Assembly (NCBI GenBank): GCA_030141605.1
Contig: JAQGDQ010001640.1
Span: forward strand, 1-31,291
Reading direction: 5' to 3'
Length of the DNA stretch: 31,291 nt
Source: Tubiluchus corallicola
Taxonomy: Eukaryota > Animalia > Priapulida
A program made the translations under genes and the position numbers. Positions 23,390-31,291 of this stretch are shown piece by piece (position 1 is the stretch's first letter; every line of letters starts with the position of its first letter). The notes beneath the pieces were generated by a model. It was not told the DNA's origin and made no database searches. It saw only the letters and a program-made list of their open reading frames with translations.

Positions 23390-25345
23390 GACCAATCAGT
23401 CAGTCCAATTTTGAAACTAGAATTAGCCAATTGAGTGATAAACTTGAAGCTCTAGACAATAAAATGAGCTGCAGCTCAAAACCATTGTGGAGTGATATAG
23501 TATCGATGCCTAGAGCCGAGAATAGTGCCAAGCTGTCAACAGAAAACAAGTCTAACGACAAAATGAAATTAACCAAAACCATTTATGATCCGTCTCATAC
23601 TGTAATAATCAGCAGTGTAAAAAATAAAGAAATTCTTAAATCAAACTTCTCCATCAAAAAACCATTATCCCGCCACTTCCCCCTCTAACGCAATTTGACA
23701 ACCTCAGAAAGACAGCTAAAGGTATGATACAAGTGCAACTTAAGCACAAAGAAGAAGCAAAGTTAATGATAGATAACTGGCTGCCTTTGGGCACAGAGAC
23801 TTCAGCTAGATCGCCTCTACAAAATACCATTGGCTTACTACGAGACTGCGACCTAAGCTTGACTGATGATGAACTATTAGATGAGATTAGTAGGTGTTAC
23901 ACTGACGTGAAAGTGGACAGGTTCTAGAAAAAAAAGGTAGAACGGTGCTTCCCCTAGTTAAAGTATATTGTAATTCAGCTGATGATTTAGAAACTGCTAT
24001 CTTTGATGGCATTCCCATTGGTAATACGTACTGTCAAGTTGAGAAGTTCATAATCGCTAACAAACCAGTACAGTGCTTCGACTGCTACAAATACGACCAG
24101 GTAACAAAATGGTGCAAATCTAAAACTGTCTGTGGAAAATGTTCATCTAGTCATAAAATCAATTGTTCCAGTTAATTACTGATCCCACTCGAGTAACTAG
24201 TACGTCAAAGTCTGTACTGGATTTGATTATCACAGACTCACCTAAATTATTTACTAACTATGGTGTGCTTTCACAAGTCTTTACATGCGATCATAACACT
24301 ATTTTTAGGAAAATTTGTGTCAAAATTCCAGTACGTCATGCTTTAAAAAGAAAGGTATATAATTATAATTTAGCAGATTGGCCAGTATTAAATCAACAAA
24401 TCTCTGCTGCAAATTGGGAGGCTGTTTGCAGACAATACAGTCTTAATGGATTCGTTTAATGATGACCCACATACATCAGCAAATCGCTTAAAGGCAGATC
24501 TCAGAATAATTGAAAACTGGTCCAAACGTTGGTTGGTTAAATTTAATCCTAATAAGACCGAAATTATGTTTTTCTCCCGTAAATCCAATGCTCCTCAATA
24601 TCCTACTCTGTATTTATCTAATACTCCACTGAAAACTGTAAATGTTCACAAACATTTAGGTATCCATCTTACATCTGCCCTGAAATGGAACTATCACGTC
24701 TCAAAAATGGTAGACAAAGCAAATCTAAAGCTAAACAACTTTCGACGCGTGTCAGTTAATATGCCCAGAGCTACGCGGGAACGATTATTCATTACGACTA
24801 TTCTCCCTGCCATCGAATATGGTAACGTAGTATGGTCAGGATGCAGTGAAAACAGTATACGTTTGTTAGAAAACATTCAGCTAACTGCTGCTAGAATCTG
24901 TTCTGGCGCTATGTTTCGATCTTCCCCTGCAAGTATCTTGTCTGACAGCGGCTTCACTAAATTAGTGACACGCTTCCATTATCATCGCCTATGTCTTTTT
25001 TCAAAATAATCAATAGCTTAGTGCCCCACTATTTAAGTGCAATTCCAATGTAAAATTTTCCATTGTATACATGTCATTATATTACGTAGTAAACGCTTCC
25101 AGTAGTTTCTACCTGATATGAAATGCATCAGTCTTAAATAATCGTACATTAATATTTTCGAACCCTCATTTTCTACTAATGTCTAATGTATTCTTGTAGT
25201 AAAACTTGTCAGCTTGTGTAGTTATAGTCTAATCTTACTGTAAATGTTCTTGTAAATAGTGTATAAAGTCTGTTGTGGTGAGGATCCTAAATCATGTTGT
25301 TCAAACTGTCTGATCCAAATCTAAATAAATTATGTTTAAACTAAA
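23390..25345 (+). mobile_element. LINE mosaic: gag-like ORF1 with zinc knuckles, APE C-terminus, RT C-terminus and 3' UTR, with large internal deletions
   Basis: PVQCFDCYKY..VTKWC...CGKCSSSH, QLITDPTRVT...LDLIIT..DH, LFADNT (24422-24439), WSKRWLVKFNPNKT, HKHLGI. The 3' end is aataaattatgtttaaact near 25324-25342. Confidence 0.85.
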
Positions 25346-25536
25346 AAGTGCTACAGCAAATATATTTGCATTGTGCTGCATCCGCACAACCACAGTTAGA
25401 GTTGCACTACAGTGGTATCTATGTAGAGCAAACACTTTGTAAGACTGATCATGCATTCAGTATACAATACTCATAATGCCCTATTTGTTTGCAAGCGTCC
25501 TCTACATACAATCATTCATCATCGCTACTAATATAG

Positions 25537-26020
25537 ATTCAATTCAATTCAAAGGTTTATTTATCTCTAATATAATATTTATAGCGCAAATACAACAAAT
25601 TATGTAAAGTATGTAGAGATGGGGTGGCGAAAGACCAGGAGGTCATCGAGTCAGCCACCCCTATATAACTCACGAATATTAAAAGCACGGCAGACTACAT
25701 GGTTAAGTGAATAATACATGGTTAGGTCTTAAGTGTAGGAAATAAACAAAATGCAAAGCAGTTATATTATAATTATACTAACGGAAAAACAGCAAGCAAA
25801 TAACAATTAAACAACAACTGAACAAGTCATGAATGCAGCAACAAAAAAGCAAGCAATCTGGTTAAATCATAAATGCAGCGGAATGAACTAAAATGCAGCA
25901 AATGAACGGCATGAATGCACAACAAAAAAAAACAAAAGGAAGAAAATTTGTGCAGTAAGTCCTAAAAGAAGTATTTGTAGACCACTCATGTAGAAGTATT
26001 TGTCTAATATGTTTCTGAAA
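25537..26020 (-). mobile_element. 5'-truncated L2/Crack-like LINE 3' end on the minus strand
   Basis: The minus strand reads FQKHIRQILL, then a T-rich UTR, a GGGGTGGC..GCCACCCC stem-loop (25621-25661), AATAAA and a (TTGAA)n tail. Confidence 0.7.
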
Positions 26021-26109
26021 CATCAATCGTTTGTATACTTATCACCCAGTATAAATCCGCATTTCAAAACTACCTTATTCCATTCAGCGCTTGATTTGTG
26101 TTCATCACA

Positions 26110-27870
26110 AGGTAACCAGAATCGATCAAAAAAACTGAAGAAATAGAAAAATCCCAGCAGTTCATCTCGGAGAGCTTTGAAATGATGAAATTTGAACTTG
26201 CATCGGCACGCCAAGAAATTAATATCTTGAAGACAAAAAACAATGCATTATCAGCTACAGTTGAAAAACTGGAGAAAACTATAAAGGACAAGGGTATGGA
26301 AATTGATGGTCTGGACCAAAACAGTAGGCGTGACTGCGTTGAGATTTCAGGTGTGCCGTTGAGTAAGGATGAGAATGTTTCTGATATAGTTCTGTTCATT
26401 CTCTGAACATAGATATCCCACTTGATAGGAACGACATTAGTACAGCCCATAGGCTTCCACCGCCTAAGCGAGGAGGAATTCCAAAGATAGTGGTGAAGTT
26501 CACTCGTAGGCTTGTCCGCGATCAGTTTTATGACAACCGGGAAAAACAGGTCATCTTACTAGTGCCACTTACACCGTAGACAATCAGATCTACATCAACG
26601 AGCTGCTCACGACGAAACGAAGGACCCCTTTTTCTCAAATGTCTAGAATTCAAGAGAAACCACAACTACAAGTACATTTGGACTAAATATGGTAGAATTT
26701 TTATTCGAGCCAGTGACAATAGTAATAATGTTGAAGTTCAGAAGGAGAAAGACTTGATGAGTAAAATAAAGACACCCTAAAATAAAGACTTAGATGAGTA
26801 AACCTTGTTAGTTACATTTTAATAGATTGTTATGGTTTACCCATGCACTTTTTGTCTACACAATTGCAAGAATATTCAATTTAGTATTTTCTGTGACATA
26901 TGCAAGTGTTGGACACACTTAAAATGCACAAGCTTAACAAGAGAGCATTTCTGACTTTATCAGAAACTTCTGACGTCTATTATTGTTTTAAATGAATTAA
27001 CGAAGTTATGCCATTTCAAAACACAGAAGACGAGGATTTGTCAATGAATTTCTCACATTTTGTTAATGTTGAAGATACTGAGCAAATAACTACTGCATTG
27101 GAAGAATATCTTTCTCCAAATCCTAACAAAGCTGATTCTTATGATCCTGATCATCATTCGGTGACGTTCACATGTAATTATTATAAACTTGAATCTCTAA
27201 AGAATGACATCAATCTCGATGCAGATAAAAATGATTTTTTGTTTGTCCAAATGAATACGAATAGTTTAACCAAAAATTGATCGAGAATCCTCGATGTACT
27301 TTGTTATTTTTCACAGGGCCCTGATGTTATTGCCATCAGTGAAACTCGTATAAAGATCATCAACCTTTTTTATGTTCTCTCCCCGGCTACACTTATATTT
27401 CACCCAACTCGGTAACTAATGCAGGTGGTGTAGGCTTATATATTAAAATTTCTATAAAATTTCAAACTAAAAGAAATTTGAAAATAGAATGTGATAAGGT
27501 GATAAAAGATTGTCGACAAAAATTTCTAGTAAAAATATTATTTTTGGGGTGATCTATCGCCACCCAAACACTCCACTCAGACATTTTCACGAAGAGATGG
27601 ACAACCTTCTGAATAAAATCAGCAAAACAGATAAATTGGCCTATGTGTGCAGAGATATTAATATCGACTTATTACCGTATGACGCTAAGCAAAGTGTTCA
27701 GGACTATACCAATAAGCTTTTTGCCAGTTACTTTACACCATTGATTACTAAGCCTACACGTTATTCTTCTAGACCTAAAACAATTATTTACACTCCTCTT
27801 CTTCCCCCATTTATGCTGGTGTAGTCCTGAACCAAGTATCAGATCAACTACCTGTTTTTGTCATTTGTAA
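26110..27870 (+). mobile_element. CR1/L2/Crack-like LINE 5' portion: ORF1 plus APE endonuclease, truncated before RT
   Basis: ORF1 LDQNSRRDCVEISGVP, AHRL, IVVKF, IYINE.L, YKYIWT. ORF2 from 27008 has DPD..CNYY, MNTNSL, AISETR, AGGVGLYI, GVIYRHPN, DINIDLL, ITKPTR, SDQLPVF. Confidence 0.9.
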
Positions 27871-29115
27871 AAAAACTAAAAATTCTTACTTATTGCTTAT
27901 TGCTCGATTGATTGACGTCTTTATCTTTCTTCGCAGTCACACTCATAACTTTAATACTCCAATATTGATAATCTGGTAAATAATTCTGTAATGTTTTACT
28001 TTTGGTGTCTTTTCACTTTTAGTAGTGTTACAGACTTCCAATGAAATATAGCAAACCCAACTTCGCGCGGCATACCCCTGAATTTCTGAAAAATGCGCGA
28101 ACCCGATTGCCCAGGTGTGAGTCTTTTTTTTATTTTATTGCAGCAACGACCACGACGCAGCTTAACGTGTTTCAGCACAATTTTGTATTAGCGACTTCTT
28201 CGGAGACAGCATTTCTTTTTGAAATAACAGCGATAGACTTATTTTATCATTATGATTATTATTATTATCACTTTAGATAGGATCACGGCATATACTACTC
28301 TATCAATAGACCACAAAATGAATTTTGTGTGTCAAAAATTCACAAAAAGCAATAATAACTTTAGAGTCTCGAAATCTTTGCACCTCAATTCAGTTAATTA
28401 GTATTGAATAATACCACGTTTATGTATGGTGACCACTGACATATTTTGAGTCAGCGTCTATCCAACAGCACTGGAAACGCTTTTTACATTTTTTAATTAC
28501 CTCAACGTTGACAACTTGTTCTCGACTATGTCAGTTTCCTATAATGATTTGCTTATAATTTTTATCTTGCTTGTGTCCTGGTCATGTCATACCTTTCAAA
28601 AGTATTTCTAAACACTTCCGTTCACCGTACGCACATGAAAAAGCACCAAGGAAGGCAGGGTCTGCTTGTAAAGATGTTCATGACTTTATGAAAAATCATG
28701 CCTAGAAGTCTAACATCAGCCACTGAACCAGCAGATGTGTGTAAGCCTTAAGTAGGAAGCATACATCAGCATTTTTTTACCTTGACACTGCCCTCTCAAC
28801 TGAAGTCTTACAAACTTTATGGCTACTAACATGACACGTGGCAGTATCATTTCCAAAGCATTTGCATTGACATGAGGACAAGCATTAATTATTATAGATA
28901 CAGACAGATATTAGTTCTCTTTTGTATCGGTGCTTATGGATTTGGCCATTCTTGTTGATTTAAAAAGTTGATAGAATGTTGAATTTTACTAAACAGTTAA
29001 TTTGTTAATCGATTTTAAATAAATAAAGGTTGTAAGCTATAGATAAACATGGCTTCGCAAATAATTTGTAAAAAGCTGCATGATGAGTTCACAAATAACC
29101 CATAGTAGCAAGTAC

Positions 29116-29480
29116 TAAGGGTGAGCATCGAACGTTCGAGTTCGAACATTCGTATCGAATTCCATTCGAGCGAGTTTCTTTAGTTCAAACTCGATTCGAA
29201 TCCAAAACCATAGATTCGAATAATTCAGCACTTCAATCACATATGTTCCTGATCACTAAAACGATTGAAACATCATACAATTAACATAATTTAGTTGTTA
29301 TTTCTGTGCACAACTTTAAGCAAACTACTAGTCGTTTTATTGCAGAACAAAATCTAGTGATATGCATGATCTTTGTAAGACTAATTTTTACTGGTTCATC
29401 GTTCAATCTCAATTCGAATTCGAAAGTCACAAATTCGGTTCGATTCGAACTTGCTTTCTGGTAGAGAATGCTCGCCCCTA
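29116..29480. mobile_element. hAT-type MITE (365 bp) with 13-bp imperfect TIRs and 8-bp TSD
   Basis: TIRs TAAGGGTGAGCAT / ATGCTCGCCCCTA. TSD GCAAGTAC at 29108-15 and 29481-88. Many subterminal TTCGAA motifs. Confidence 0.88.
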
Positions 29481-30043
29481 GCAAGTACTACTTCAAAGTT
29501 CAAATGGCTGTAACTCCATTTAAAACTATTAAAATACTATTCAATAAATAAAAAGTATCAACCACTTTCATGCCTTTGAAAAGATTAATGTATTTGGTTC
29601 ACTTAGATTAAATATTGTCAACAAAACAGCGTGTACAAAGTGTGTATGAATAACCTCATATATAAAGTCTACAAGAAACAAATTATGTACGAGTTACGAT
29701 ATATAATATATAAAATTTATTTATCGAAAAATATAAGCATTCTACAAAATAACTATTGATTACAATTTTTAACTAAATACCACAGTTATCCAAAATTTAT
29801 TTCAAGAAATGGCAACTGACAAAAGGGTACATTAGCTAAGTCAATGATCTCCAAAATTTAAGAATGTAAAACACTCCATAATCTAAAACTGAGGTTAAAT
29901 TCGAGCTTGTTTAGTGTAAATGCTACTATAAAATGTAACCTAAACCACCTCCAAATGAAAACACAAAAAACAGCACAAAAATAGCAGATCACTAATCAAG
30001 TTGTTAAGCACGCACAAATAAAATAAACGATGTCACAGACGAC

Positions 30044-30210
30044 TATCACAAAGATATCAAAAGTGTCTATTAAGTTTTAAAATTTTTCTTTTTTTCACAG
30101 ACGATTTCATCCTTCATGAACTGTGATATGCAAATAAAGGATGAAAATTTCTGTGAAAATAAAAAAATTGCGACTCAAAGAAGCACTGTGACACCTTTAC
30201 GATTGTGATC
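30044..30210. repeat. Imperfect inverted repeat (foldback) abutting the satellite
   Basis: ttttcacagacgatttcatcctt pairs with aaggatgaaaattttctgtgaaaa. Weaker outer arms atcacaa..aagtgtc / gacacc..ttgtgat. Confidence 0.6.
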
Positions 30211-31291
30211 ACAGCAAGTGTCGGAAGAGTACTACCTTCTTCATACTATAGAGGTAACTAAGAGTGATCTTCTCCTGACTCCTGCGAGGAGAGTTATGAT
30301 CACAGCAAGTGTCAGAAGAGTACTACATTCTTCATACTATAGAGGTAACTAAAAGTGATCTTCTTCTGACTCCTGCAAGGAGAGTTATGATCACAGCAAG
30401 TGTCAGAAGAGTACTACCTTCTTCATACTATAGAGGTAACTAAAAGTGATCTTCTTCTGACTCCTGCGAGGAGAGTTATGATCATCAAGTGTCAGAAGAG
30501 TACTACCTTCTTCATACTATAGAGGTAACTAAAAGTGATCTTCTTCTGACTCCTGCAAGGAGAGTTATGATCACAGCAAGTGTCAGAAGAGTACTACCTT
30601 CTTCATACTATAGAGGTAACTAAAAGTGATCTTCTTCTGCTCCTGCGAGGAGAGTTATGATCATCAAGTGTCAGAAGAGTACTACCTTCTTCATACTATA
30701 GAGGTAACTAAGAGTGATCTTCTCCTGACTCCTGTGAGGAGAGTTATGATCACAGCAAGTGTCAGAAGAGTACTACCTTCTTCATACTATAGAGGTAACT
30801 AAGAGTGATCTTCTCCTGACTCCTGTGAGGAGAGTTATGATCATCAAGTGTCAGAAGAGTACTACCTTCTTCATACTATAGAGGTAACTAAGAGTGATCT
30901 TCTCCTGACTCCTGTGAGGAGAGTTATGATCACAGCAAGTGTCAGAAGAGTACTACCTTCTTCATACTATAGAGGTAACTAAGAGTGATCTTCTCCTGAC
31001 TCCTGTGAGGAGAGTTATGATCACGTGAAGTGTCAGAAGAGTACTACCTTCTTTATACTATAGACATAACTAAGAGTGATCTTCTCCTGACTCCTGTGAG
31101 GAGAGTTATGATCACGTGAAGTGTCAGAAGAGTACTACCTTCTTTATACTATAGACATAACTAAAAGTGATCTTCTCCTGACTCCTGCGAGGAGAGTTAT
31201 GATCATCAAGTGTCAGAAGAGTACTACCTTCTTCATACTATAGAGGTAACTAAAAGTGATCTTCTTCTGACTCCTGCAAGGAGAGTTATGA
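30206..31291. repeat. 89-91-bp tandem satellite, 12 units, running off the window end
   Basis: GAGTTATGA recurs at 30291, 30382, 30473, 30562, 30652, 30741, 30832, 30921, 31012, 31103, 31194, 31283. Confidence 0.97.

Noticed and set aside
30206-31291. CRISPR array or tandem hammerhead ribozymes
   Set aside because: No variable spacers, and no CTGATGA...GAAA core on either strand.

Overview
AT-rich eukaryotic (metazoan, probably invertebrate) genomic DNA with no intact host gene. It is a dense mosaic of decayed, truncated mobile-element fragments: CR1/L2/Crack-like and I-group-like LINEs, Mag-type Gypsy, BEL/Pao, and two Sola-type DNA transposases. It also holds a DUF3987-like P-loop helicase relic, an intronless trypsin-like pseudogene, a hAT-type MITE and two satellites (28 bp and 89-91 bp units). 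About 17 of the 18 fragments I can orient lie on the + strand, whatever their class. That is the architecture of a uni-strand (flamenco-like) piRNA cluster or TE trap read from the - strand, but this is inference and needs small-RNA data. One insert, an LTR followed by 33 nt of tRNA-Phe complement with a mismatch at the m1A58 position, looks like a captured reverse-transcription intermediate. All family assignments come from motif recognition by eye, not from database searches.
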